Assembly: GCA_951406725.2 (NCBI GenBank)
Contig: OX597820.1
Coordinates: forward strand, 38,750,001 to 38,814,000
DNA: 64,000 nucleotides
DNA from: Octopus vulgaris
Taxonomy: Eukaryota
Direction of reading: 5' to 3'
This document shows, piece after piece, positions 29,653 through 44,376 of the stretch. The stretch's first letter is position 1, and every line of letters starts with the position of its first letter. A program made the position numbers and the translations under genes. The notes beneath the pieces were generated by a model that saw nothing but the letters and a program-made list of their open reading frames with translations, did not search any database and was not told the DNA's origin.

Positions 29653-30689
29653 GTAGTTATAGTAGTATCATTGGTTGTATTGGTAGTGTGGTGGCGGTGA
29701 TAATAGTAATAGTAGTAGTATTAGCAGCAGCTGTAGTAGAAGTAGTAGAAAGAGGAGGAGGAGGTTTATGTATTGTTATTCATTCATTGTTGAGCAACGT
29801 CAATTACAAAGATAAAAGAGAAATGATATATGTGTATTTCTATTCATATTTCAATGACTGGCCATTAATCGCAATGGAAAACGAACACTGTGCAAACCCT
29901 CATTTTTAAAGCTATGTTTACGCCCCTTGAAGATGTTTGAAGCATGGGAATATCGATATAATTTTTCATATTCTGTGTTGACCACTCAGATTGATAACTT
30001 TAGTTGTTTAACCTATGCAAGATGATTTATGATCTGGCCAAAGTTGAGATTAATAAAATTCCCAAGTATCGCATTGAAAGTTTCAAAGTGATAAAGCTGC
30101 TCACAGCTCTGAATCATAAAACAATATGGTGTAGTTTGAATAACGCTCTCTTTAAACTGCGGCATCTTGCCAATAAATTTTAATCTGAAGATATCAAAGT
30201 AGAACTTTGGGAAATTAAAGAATTTCATGCAATTTGTGTTTTGTTCATTGAATAAAAATGTTGCTGTTTTTAACGGCGCCAATAATAAGATTGAAGCTAA
30301 AAACTGAAAAATTAAAGTGTTTTTTTTATCTTCCACGCTTTGTATATCTAAAAATGCTATCATTTTCACCAAAAAGTACTCTATAATTTACAGTAATATT
30401 TACCGAATCTACGACCTGTGAATGAGGTTCCCATCTACTCATGAACTGTTTCATTATATTTACTTTGTTACAGATATCAAAAGAAACCGCTAGATATAGT
30501 ATTCCCCTGTAGGAATTGTCAATTCACAAGAAACTGTATCCACTACTTATATCTGTCTAACGCCAAGTGGATTTCGATTTGCAGTCGTCGCTATTTTCTT
30601 TTATTTCTACCGTATCAACAAAGATTCCCTAAACAGTTTTAACTTTATAAACAGCTATAGTTTCAGATTACAGTTTAGATTATAGTTTT

Positions 30690-31728
30690 AGATTCAAATG
30701 GCTTACAAGGACGCTGCCATGAGTAAAACACAAAGTTACGAGTGTTTTTACGCTTTTGGAATGATCATTTTTCGCTTAAGGACTAATCTCGTTCAGGGCG
30801 GTCCTCGACCTTCCGAATGAATGAAAACATTACGAAAATTTCTTAAACAGAACTTGGAGGACCGTTGCCGAACAATTAAAGAACTTGTTGATTGACTGCT
30901 ATGCCCCGGAGCTCCTCCCAAAGAATTTTGAGTGTGCAATTGCAAATGAAAGGAGTTGCAGCAAAATTTGTGCTTCGCTTGCTCACAGATCAAAAACATT
31001 CACGACTGAATGCGTTTCGTGTACTGAAAGAAAGTTGGAAGTTTATCCGGACCTTTTTTCGAAGGTCATCACTGATAATGAAAGCTGGTGCCAAGGCTAC
31101 AAGCGGGAAACGAAGCAGCAATTAAGTTGATGGCCGCATTCAATGTCACCACACTCCCAAAAAGCGCATCAAGTGAAGTCCAGTGTCAAGACGATGCTGA
31201 ATTATTTCATTTATGGAAAAGAAATTGTCTACACAGAATTTGTTCCCTCTGGTCAAACTGTTAACCAGATGTTTTACTTAGAATTTCTGAAGCGTTTGCG
31301 AGACACGGTGAGACGAAAATGCTCCGACCTGTGACAAAGTGGAGAGGTTTGGTTTCATCTGAACAATGCAATTGTGCATACCACCTTGAGTGTGAAATAT
31401 TTTTGACAAAAATAGCAGGATCCCGCTTACCCACCCTCCCTATTCATCCGATCTTGCTTCCTGCGACTCTTTTTTGTTCCGACGAATGAAGAAAGTCCTT
31501 AATGGAAAGCTTTTTGCAGATGAGGAAGAGGTGAAGAAAAAAACGACGGAGGCGATAAAAAGCATCATTTCGCAAGGGCTCCAGGACTTCTTTGAACAGT
31601 GGAAAAGGCGTCAGGAGTGATGCATTGCTTCAAATGGAGAATACTTAGAAGGCGATAAAGGTGTAAACATATAAAAGTGAATAAAATGCTATTGCAAAAT
31701 ACGTTTTTTTGTTCGGTACTCCCTCGTA
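30690..31728 (+). mobile_element. Tc1/mariner DNA transposon, 5' truncated, transposase pseudogene
   Basis: VAAKFVLRLLT, KVITDNESW, SVKTML, EFVPSGQTVNQMFYLEFLKRLRD, HPPYSSDLASCD; right end ...tactccctcg followed by TA. Confidence 0.9.
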
Positions 31729-33989
31729 TACATACATATGTATGCATGTGTGTGTATGTATGTGTGTATTTATGCAGGTTTATACCTGTCAGGTGGCAGA
31801 ATCTTTAGCACGTCGAACAAAAATAAATTCTTGGAGATATTTCTTCCGGCTCCTTATGTTCAGAGTACAAATTTCGCCGAGATCAATTTTGACTATCAAA
31901 GTTATGATGAAACACTTTCTATGGAGGCCTATATAGAGAAACTACATATCTTATAAGAACAAATAATTAATTACGGACAAGTTTATAAAGCAATCTGTCT
32001 AAAAGTTTCAACTCTAGTATGTACCTCACAGAAATACAACTTCAACTACTACTTACTGGGTGATAATCTTGGAATTAGCATATGTGCTTCAAGAAGCCAC
32101 AGCTTGGATTTTGCACTCGTATCCCGCTCTAAAATTTGACACTACTTGTCGTAATACCCAATCTACTAATGTACAATACAATGAAAGGTCTTACACCATC
32201 CTTTGTAGCAAATCAAATCAAATGTGGCAGTGAAAACGAGCAAAAACTTTAAGCAGTATTAAACAAAATCGGAGAACATCGTATAAAATGGAATAATGCA
32301 ATCGACAATAAAAGGAACTGTTTCTTTTACTTCAGACGTCAAATTTATTTTTTATTATAATATGCTGAATTGACGCAAAGGAATTTGAAATAAGAGAGTA
32401 GGTATAGAAAAATATGAAATCCATGATGAATAACAAACAACACTGTTTCTGCTAAATTATTAACTTAGAATATTGAATTATGTATTGAAGTATATATAAC
32501 TACTATAGATTGAAGTAACATGTATGACTATGTCAATATCAAGAGATTGCAACCGATTCTCCAACATATCAGATTCTACAGTTAGAACAAATAGATCGAA
32601 ATATGTAATGGCCTGAGCAAATGACAGAATAGTTATGGTAAGAACGTATTTGATCATAGATCAGACTTCAGGGCCAACCAGATATTAGTCTTTGCGATAA
32701 TCTATGATGGAATACTTATAGATATACATTTCGACACTATTGCTCACCATTAGCTATTCAAAGATTAAAACTGGAATCCCGTAATCTGATATCAGTTATC
32801 ACAGTTATGACAGTGAGATAAAGATATAGTTGAACGTTTTAGATATGAGATTTTGACGTTTTTATGTGTTTCATTTTGTTTGCATTAAAACATAAAACAC
32901 CTAAAATTCAACTTCAATTGCTAGTGAACTTCAGATTTAATTATATTTTTATTGCTAATGGTGATCAATAGATTCGATCGTGACAGATATCCGGCGAGTC
33001 AATCATTGATTCAAAGTTCAGCGCATTGTCGACAACGAAAGTGGCAAAGTGTTTGCTACTTAATGTACAATAATTATTCCGAAGGTCACAGCTTTTTGCT
33101 CTCCTCGCTAGTAAGAGATGCATTTATTTGCATATATTCGAAGGAAATCGGTACGGTTTCCATCTCCTAAACTCCAAAGATATCAACCCGATGTTAAGAA
33201 AAACACATTTTCCCCACTGTGTTGTGTAGTGGGATGAGGGATCGTACATGGAATTTTGTGACTGAGAATAGATTTTATTTGCCACTCATGCATGTGAGAG
33301 TGCGATGGGGCTTCCAGTTTACAGGAATATATTTTACTTCCGTTGCTAAAAGCCTTCTGACTTGAGTAGAAATAAGGCTTTTCATTCCGTCTTCCTCTTA
33401 CAATAGAAAATCTACGTTCTTATTAAAACAGAATAAAGTCTACGCTCCAAGTGAACAAAGGATATACGTGCCTATTCAAATAGAAAACAATGACTATCTA
33501 CATCGTACGATTAGTTTGCTTATATCATAACATGTCTGCGACCGCAACAAAAGTATAAGAAGCTTCCTGCATTCGGTCTTCAAATAAAAATATGTCTCCT
33601 ATCATCATTATAGGTGAAGAGGAAGAATATTCAACCAAACTAGCTAGCTTCTTCAGCTTGGAGAGTTAAGTAGCGTGCATTATATTCAGAAATTCACCCT
33701 ACAGTCGTCGATTATATGTAGTTAAAGATCCACATTAGTTTCAGCAGACAGACTTGTCTAAAATCAGTGGGACAGTCATATGCATATTCACTTTCACCTC
33801 AATAACACTCTTAACAACTAACAAAAGTTAGCGATATGCGTTTTCATTTGTTGGTATGATGGTGTAAAAAAACAATTTTAAATTATACAAATAACAAAAG
33901 TGACAGCCATTTATTTAAAATACCTTCTTTACTATTTACGTTAAAAGCCAATCCACGGTATTTGCCTAAAGGCATAGAATTCAAAAGAA

Positions 33990-34895
33990 TATATTGCCAC
34001 CCATAAGAATTCCAAATGGGAAGGGATACAAACGAGAAGGCATCAGCTCTTCAAAGCTCTTCAGAACATGTCTAAAAATGCTCACTGGGATCATTGTCTG
34101 GGCAGATGACGTGAACATCAATGGCGAGCTACTAACATTCGATTCGTAGATGACATTGTACTCATCGCCAAAAGCACAGATCAGGTGCAGACCATGCTGA
34201 GATAGCTGGACACCTATAGCTCAGCAGTCGGCCATAAAAAGAGCCGTAAGAAATCAAAGTATATACAGCCCGAAGATGTTACACAAAACCGAATACAGTT
34301 GGGAAGAGGTGAAATCGATGAGGTAAAGGAGTACTTCGAAATAGCGCGCACAATGAATATGTCTCCAGAGATAGATCCTGAATTCTCGAAGACAAGACTC
34401 GGATGAGGGGTGTTTACTCTAATAAAGGATTCTTCAAAGAAAAACTTTACAAAACAAGCCTTGTTAGACTTTTCAACAGCACTGTCCTACCTGGTACCCT
34501 AAACGCAAGTGAAACGTAGGCTTCTACGAAGTTGGATGAGCATTGACTGGCAACGTCAAAAAGGGACATGGAGTGAGCCGTGGTAGGAGAGAGCATACAA
34601 GAAAAGATATTATTAGAGAAAAGAGCGGAGTGAATAACGTGAGCGCGAAATAGTGAAAGCACAAGTTCCGCTCAAAAGTGCATAACTCAAAAGTTTCGCT
34701 GAAAATAGCTGGAGCCGTCCAGTTGCCGAGTCTTATCTATCAGACCAGACAAGGTCATTTGGAAGGCCTCCACAACGATGGGGAGACGGTATGGTTACAC
34801 GATGTGGCCAAGTTGGAAAAGAATGGTGCAATTAAAGAATTGGAAGTACATTGTGACCAGTGATGTATAACAACATCTTGTACTCTGGTCGGTAC
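33990..34895 (+). mobile_element. Degraded RTE-clade LINE (RT to 3' end)
   Basis: KGI...ISSSKLFRTCL, VNINGELL, RFVDDIVLIA, LFNSTVLP...ASET; 3' end cattgtgaccagtgatgtataacaacatc. Confidence 0.85.
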
Positions 34896-35039
34896 AGAAC
34901 CCGCTATAACAACCCAGGCATTTATCTGAATAGCAGAAGTGAAATGTTTAATGTTTGACCACGAGAAAGGAAGTACTTTGAAATATACCTGCATGTTCCA
35001 TCATGATTATAATCACCAATTCCTCCAACTTCAACCCTG

Positions 35040-35560
35040 TCCGTCAAAGATTTTGACCAAAACATTCACTGGCGCACCCACAAAGAAGCACATGCATTCT
35101 AGCACGGAGGACACCTACCCAAGATATTTATTTTCAAACCCACCCCAATATAAGATTCTATACATATTGCAGCCCTTTACACAGCGCATGCACACATAAT
35201 TCGCCAGGAACTTAACCAATGCTTAAAAGAAAGGAAACACACGAATGAAAACAAATGTGTATGCTCCGTGCTCCGCAATGGCTATACATATGTTACCACT
35301 ACACACATTCTATTTCCACACAAGCACCAACCTTAAAGACACACACATTTCCCACAAACACTTTTCCAGAAAATTCTTGTCGATTTACAACAAAACCACT
35401 CCAAGTGACAAGGTTTTGGTACGAAGGGGCATAACTCTTAACTGAATCCCCTACTAGATTCGTTTTATCGTTTTTCACAGTAAACAGAATATAACGGGAC
35501 AGCAATTACATTTCACCTGAGGAAATACAACTCGATCCCATTATACAGGTAAATCGTTGC
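35040..35560 (+). mobile_element. Probable PLE GIY-YIG remnant
   Basis: RNL/NQCLKE and SAMAIHMLPLHTFYF...RKFL resemble R.L..RLKEH and SALA.H...H.F.F; CTGAGGA at 35517 downstream. Confidence 0.45.
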
Positions 35561-35662
35561 TTACTTTTAATCCTGTGTATATGTCGATCTATGTTGTTTC
35601 GAAATAAGTATAGGGCTAACTAAATAGCTGATCGCACTCCTTGCTGACTTTCTTTTTTTAAT

Positions 35663-35695
<33 letters not shown>

Positions 35696-35722
35696 CCAAA
35701 TAAGCAACAAGAATAACTTCGT

Positions 35723-35777
35723 TTGGTACGATCGTTTCACGTACAACAGTTTTAAAATATTGAGCAATCCTCAGCCA
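35723..35777 (-). ncRNA. Hammerhead-ribozyme-like motif (type I, palindromic stem III)
   Basis: Minus strand TGG-CTGAGGA-N29-GAAA-CGATCG-TA-CCA; stem II poorly paired. Confidence 0.5.
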
Positions 35778-35809
35778 TTTATAGATATGGCTGATGACTG
35801 TTTATTAAC

Positions 35810-36132
35810 TGACGCTCTGTCGGTTACGATGACGAAGTTTTCAGTTCATCCGATCAACGGAACGGCCTACTCCTGAAATTAACCTACTTGTGACTAAGCA
35901 CTCAACAGACATGTGTACACTTAACGTAGTTCTCTGGGGGATTCATCTTGACGCAGAGTGTAACAAGGCCGGCCCTTTGAAATATACGTACTACTCATTT
36001 TTGACAGCTGAGTGGATTGGAGCAACGTAAAATAAAGTGTTTTGCTCAAGGACACAGCACGTCAACGTGAATTGAACTCACGACATTGCGATCCGGAACA
36101 CACTACCTAATGACTAAGCCACGCGCCTTCAC
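35810..36132 (-). mobile_element. tRNA-derived SINE family C
   Basis: Head gtgaaggcgcgtggcttagtcattaggtag...gtgagttcaattc, then tgtgtccttgagcaaaacactttattttacgttgctccaatccactcagctg central domain. Confidence 0.8.
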
Positions 36133-36235
36133 ATATATGTGTGTATGCATACTATTTATATATATATATATATATATTACACACACACACACGCACACGC
36201 ACACACACACACATACACACACACACACACGCACG

Positions 36236-36324
<89 letters not shown>

Positions 36325-36599
36325 GAGCTCATTTGCAGGCCAACAGTTTCTGCAACGTCCAGATGAATATAGTACGGATGGTGATGATGATGATGATGAT
36401 GACGACGACAATGAAGAAGATGATGATAACGATAGGACGATAGTAACGTTGATACCACTTGTGTCGAATAATATAATGATACTGACTATGAGTATCAAAG
36501 CGAAAAGTCGGAAAATTTAAACTTCTTAATTCTCAAAATAGGAAACCGAAACATATATTCTTTAAGAATGTATCTAATGTTAAGAAGATTATTCAGATA

Positions 36600-37300
36600 A
36601 TCAAGTTTTTATTGATACTCATACTACTCTTGAATGAAATATCTTTCGTTGGCTCCCTTATTGTCTGTCTCTGGTTATTTAACTGCCATTCATATAAATC
36701 AATTTCACATTCTAGCCTGAGATATTTTTAATTGTACAGCGAATCTTATTGACCTCTGTGATTGAAATGTTAACCGGCCAATCCTAATGTCGCTCGGCTC
36801 TTCTCACCTTTTCATAGCATCCTCAGAGAATCTCATGCATTTCATATGTCGAAGGTGTCTTAGGTTTTACGTCATTAATACGTTAATACATTTCGAAATC
36901 TCACATTATTAGACGACCGAAATGATTCTTTTGTTGTTTTTGTTCTCACTTTTCAATAAGTACCTGCCCTTAAGATACATCCTTTGTATAGACATTTCAG
37001 TTCTTCGCACAATCCACTCATTGTTCTTATTTGAAGATAATTCAATAATTTCTTTTATCTTCACAATCCATGTCATTCCACTCATGTCATATAAGGTTCA
37101 ATCATTCTTTACGTTCTAATGTATAATAGTTGCTTTAGGTATGGATGTATTATCAGCATATCTGAAAAGCCACTGCAGATTTCTAGAAGGATTTTAAGCG
37201 TATATCCCATTCTTTGATAAAGATATAAATATCAAGCTCCTCATTTTAATTTCACTTTGTCTCTGACAATTTATTGTGGTTGGCTGTAGTTATACGCCAT
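36600..37300 (-). mobile_element. Possible ancient LINE RT remnant
   Basis: Single LFRYADNT motif at about 37145-37170 on the minus strand; little else readable. Confidence 0.3.
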
Positions 37301-38397
37301 TGACGTCCGACGAGATAGAAATGCATGTGGCTTTTTCGCTAGATGCTCTATATATTATGTTATTAATTGTAGCAGATCTAAGAGATATTTTCAAATGAAG
37401 ATGTATTTATATTATGATACAGTGCTGGCTATTATTGCGTCTGTTGCATATAACGGACGTTTATTCAGTTGGATCGCTGTTCGCTAAGACAGTCAATGTT
37501 TACATTTCTCTTTGGTAGAGCGGTAGACATCCGCTCTACCGATTAACTGTAGACAAGGCAAAGAATAAAACGCACAATTTATCTTGTGGCATTGTCTGCA
37601 ATTACTTTACGCCCTGAATTTTCACCCTACCGATAATTATTTTCCTTCTCTGATGGTATTGAATATATTGTTGTGCAAGTGCTCAGAGGAGGGGTTCTAT
37701 GTAATTGATTATACCTCTCCGTCAAATCGTGTGGAAATACAATTATTTTAGAAATGTGAGTTTAGTTCATCGTTTGAAAGATAATGATTCTATTGTTAAT
37801 ATTAAGTTACTGTAATGCAATTATTTTCACTCTCTTTGTACAAACCAAATATTAAGCGTATGTTACAATTATTCTGTCTTCGAAAATATATTGATTTACA
37901 ACCCTAGGCCCACGTTTATTCAACATATTTTTGATAATGTGCCCAGTTGTTACTCAGTCCTTGATAAATGCTTTCCGGTTATTTGCCAGGCTTATTCGAC
38001 CGGTGGGGTCACAAAATTTGTTATATTGCAGACTAACATCCATTTCTTGGAAGCTCTTGTGGAAGCTCCCGCATCGTTTCTTGGTTTTGAGAAATATTTG
38101 CAGTATTTAATCGTGGAATAAGTGTGTGTGTGATATAATGGAAGCTGATCGGTGTCTAACAATCGATGAAGGATTTCATATCCAGTCGTTGGCATGCTAA
38201 AATTAGCAGGCAACTATCCTTCGAATCATACCCTGTCATTATAAAACATTTCAATGAAAATTTTGGAGAATGCAGTCTTCGATGAACTAAAAAAGCAGTG
38301 GTGGCCCTGGCCTAAATTGTTCATTGGATCACACATAAAACAAGCTGATACTAAAACTTATATCTCACACATACATACACAGACACACGCACAAATA

Positions 38398-39209
38398 CAA
38401 GATGGTATCAAAAGGTTCCCGGACTAGTTATGTTTAATAAAACATAAGTAAGTTTTAATATCATCTCCTTCAGAATAGTCCCAGCGATCCTACTAATTTT
38501 GGAATCTGACCTGGAAGTTGTTTTCTTCAGCGAATCGAGGAGCTTCTGCAATTCGCTCTTGATTTCGACAATGGTGTTAAAACTGCAACTTTGAGCTGCA
38601 TTTTCACATTGGAAAAAGAGATGAAAATTCGCAGGTGCTAAATCTGGCGAATAGGTCGTGTGCAGACACGATACCATATTGTTTTTGGTGAGAAACTCAC
38701 GAGTGTAGAGAGCTCAGTGATAGGGTGCATTGTTGCGCTCCACAAATCAGGGCGCTTTCACAGAGTGTCCTACCTTAAACGCTTCAAAACCTCGCAGTAG
38801 TTGGTTGACGGTCTGACTCTCGGGGACAAATCGCGATGCACAAAAACGTGGATGTTGCCAAAATATGATAAGCATGCTCTTGATAGAACTGCGGCTGTGC
38901 CACTCGAGACCTTGCGTACGACCCAATGATTCATCGCCGAAAGCTTTCCAAAACATGCCCAATGTCTCAGTAGCAGACTTCCCTAGTTTAACGCAAAATT
39001 TTACATTAGCTCTACGTTCCAATTTCCTGTCAATGCCACAAGTCGCAGACTACAGCATACATGTGATCACAAAAACATAGATTTCACAACTTGCGAGGTA
39101 AACACTGCTATAGAAAAGTCACTGCTCGCTCTCATTTCGTATGCAACCCTGTGCTGCCATGTGTTGTCCCGCTACAGAACTAGTCCGGGAACTTTTTGAC
39201 ACCACCTCG
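38398..39209 (-). mobile_element. Internally deleted mariner element with both TIRs and TA target duplication
   Basis: TA|caagatggtatcaaaaggttcccggactagtt ... aactagtccgggaactttttgacaccacctcg|TA; ERRANVKFCVKLGKSATETLGM, FVPESQTVNQ, YSPDLAPANFHLF. Confidence 0.93.
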
Positions 39210-40732
39210 TATACGTAAATGTTCGTCAGTGGATATACTACACATCGCAATATATCAAAATAATTCTTTGTTCATTACACTTTACTACACGTTTTATCAC
39301 GTGCCATTATCATCTCGTTCTCTTTGTTGTGTTTTTGTAAATTCCCCTTTCATGCTCCTTTCGCTAATTCAGTCACTATCCACCTTGTCACCTAATTACC
39401 TATGTACTGATATACATGTTAATCATTTCGTTTCTTTCTCTTTGACCAAGAGTTTCTTAAACCTGTTTGTCTTTCTGGTGTTTTTTTATTCATTGCTTTT
39501 ATCTTCTTTTACACAATTGTTCATTTTGTCCTTTTTTTCTTTTCCCTCCATCAAGTTACTATTTTCTTCAAACAATTCAATATTTTTATAAACATCCCAA
39601 TGCTAACAAAGTAATTGAATCATGTTGTGAATATCGTTTGTGTTTGCGTATTGAACGCCTCATGAATTGCTATCGGTTATTGTTACTATTCAATTAGTGC
39701 CATTAAACAGTGATAATGATGTGACGATATGTTTATGATAAAGCTTTTTCTAATTATTACACAGCATGGAGATGTATATGTAGAATCGTTTATCTCGGAC
39801 GAAAATGAATTGCGTAATTAATTCATTTCAACTTTGTGCAGACCCATTTAAATATTTTGGTGAACTTTCACCATACAGTTCATTTCTGGTTTCTGTAGTC
39901 GAGTATTTACTTCGTTAATACTCGTTGCCTTACAAGCCACTATACATAGTTAAAACTTATAAATACCAATTTAAAGATTGCAGAGTGCGGAGAAGAGGCT
40001 ATCGACAGAAACTATAACACGCTTAAAGAAATAAATTTTTAGCATTTATTTATCCGCAAAGCACCTCTGAGAACTTATTCTCATGGTGATTAAGTCTTTA
40101 ATTTGAAGGTATTCAAACTAGTTCTGCTCTTCAGAAATACATAAACATCATAACAACCGATCAAAGATCACATCGATTGCTTCTTGTATATAATAATCAG
40201 AAATCTGTTGCTTTATGTTGTAATCTCACCTTGAAACAATTCTTCCCAATAAATTTTTGGTTGTTTTTGGTGGTGGTGATTATAATTAAGATTAGCTTGA
40301 TTAAGTAGTCCTTGTTTAAATGGATTCCAACCGTGATTCTCCTGTATTTTATTGTTACGATATATGAATTCTACAACAAAATAGCCTTTCTATTTTTGAA
40401 AATTAGATGGGAAATTCACACAGATGGAGCGAATATTTAATAGATCTTGGGACCGGCTATTTCTAAACTGCTGAGCTACCAAGCGTAAGTGCCATCGGAT
40501 ATGAACCATTGTACACCATACCAAAGATAAGCACATAATCTGCTTTGATTAAACATGCCTCCATATGCTTGACTTCCCTTTGCCTGGTAAACATTAGAAC
40601 ATCGTTTTTCATGTATACACATGATAGAATTAGAGACATTTATGGAATATACCTTTTAGCATCATTAAATACTTCATTAATAAAGCAACGATATCGTTGT
40701 TTGTTTGAATGTGAGCATTTATAAATGCGTGA

Positions 40733-40799
<67 letters not shown>

Positions 40800-40839
40800 C
40801 ATACATTCATACATACATATATCTATAGGTGTGTATTTA

Positions 40840-40927
<88 letters not shown>

Positions 40928-40938
40928 ATATATATATA

Positions 40939-41330
40939 TATATATTAGAAGAAATGAGGTAATCAGAAGATCGGATGGTTCATGTTTATAGATATTTATT
41001 TATATATTACATTTTTTACATATATATATCATATCATTCAGATCATATCATTCAGATTATTAGCGCTTTCTCCCATTCCAGTGGGGTTTTGTGGGGAATT
41101 TGGTCATTTTATAGAGTTTCGTTACTACGAAACTCTATAAAATGACCAAATTCCGCACAAAGGAATTGATTTGATTTGAAAACCCCACTGGAATGGGAGA
41201 AAGCGCTAATAATCTGAATGATATGATCTGAATGATATGATATATATATGTAAAAAATGTAATATATAAATAAATATCTATAAACATGAACCATCCGATC
41301 TTGTGATTACCTCATTTCTTCTAATATATA
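40939..41330. repeat. Near-perfect 392-bp inverted repeat (fold-back palindrome)
   Basis: Outer arms 40939-41090 and 41179-41330 (one mismatch seen), inner arms around loop TACT at 41123-41126 (one mismatch), 18-bp extra segment in the right arm. Confidence 0.97.
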
Positions 41331-41355
41331 ATACCTGTACATCATCTCCAAACCT

Positions 41356-41429
<74 letters not shown>

Positions 41430-42248
41430 ATTTGCGGCAGCTGTTTCGGTAAATCTTCGTATAACGCAGTTGTTAGAGATTGCATCATATTATGCAACTC
41501 CACCAACGTTAGGCATGATTTAAACGTGAACCTGAACATAGACAATTTAATTTGGCTAGTATATATATATATACGTATATATATGCATCCAATTTGAATG
41601 TTCTATGTAATTTATATCTATATTTAGGTTTATATAGTAATGCTATTACTATTATATATTTAATGCTATTACTATTTAAAACCTACACCAAAACGGACAC
41701 ATACTTGTATAGTTGCACATACGCACTATCATACATACACATATATACTTATATATGTATGTGCGTATAGGTGTAATTTAAAACATCATTACACACGTTT
41801 TAGTAGAGTAGTTTATTTCACTTACATGTCCATTACACATATGCGAAGACATTACACAAGTTCGTATTTTTATGCACCAGTTATTTCTTCAGGTGATATT
41901 CTCCTGAATATTTTGGCGAGAATATATTTGTGTGTGTACATGTCAGTGTGTGAGTCAAATAGTTATGTGGGAATATTTATTTAAATGACAAAAAGGAATG
42001 AAAAACTGTCGATATTCGCACAGCTTGTCAAAGAAAGTTTACTAGTGTAATTAGATTATAAATTTAAATTAATCAATAATGCACTGAGGTAAACAACATG
42101 AAGCGTGTATGTGTACGTGTGTCTGTGTGTGTGTGTGTGTGTGTTTGCTTCTACTAGTATTCCTTATTATAGTATCATGTAAGGAACTCATGTACATTTA
42201 TTTATATATCTGTCTGTATGTCTGCATGTCTCTCTGTCTCTCTATCTG

Positions 42249-42316
<68 letters not shown>

Positions 42317-42351
42317 CCTATCTGTCACTCTATAAATCAGTCTCTCTCTCA

Positions 42352-42390
<39 letters not shown>

Positions 42391-42594
42391 TTTATATTAA
42401 GGGCTAAAAACCGTTATGTGGACAGCCATATGCTAGAAATAGATGACCTACGATCAAACAACAAAGAAAGAATGTTCTCCAGAGAAAATTCAGCTGAAAC
42501 CAGAACAATAGTCGGTCAAGACAGATGAAAATTATATAAAAATCAAGAATTAATCGTATACCGGTTACGTCTATTAACGAATAAATCACTTAAG

Positions 42595-42630
42595 TAAGCC
42601 TTCGTCCGTGGGACTCATCAGTATGATCGT
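42595..42630 (-). ncRNA. Hammerhead-ribozyme-like core in a pLTR-like remnant
   Basis: Minus strand CTGATGA-GTCC-CAC-GGAC-GAAG (42621-42600); GAAG in place of GAAA; stems I and III not clearly intact. Confidence 0.6.
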
Positions 42631-42638
42631 TCCAAAAT

Positions 42639-42672
<34 letters not shown>

Positions 42673-42802
42673 GTGGACCTTTGCATTATTCTGATCTACA
42701 AGAATAATGTACATTACAAGAGTAGCAAATGTGCTCTAGCATCATCAACATTTCTGGCCGAAACAGCAAGAAGTTAAGAGGAGAGGGGCGGTTACAACGA
42801 TG

Positions 42803-44376
<1,574 letters not shown>

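Noticed and set aside
29905-30420. Possible Kolobok-like MITE starting at TTAA
   Set aside because: No matching second TIR or target duplication found
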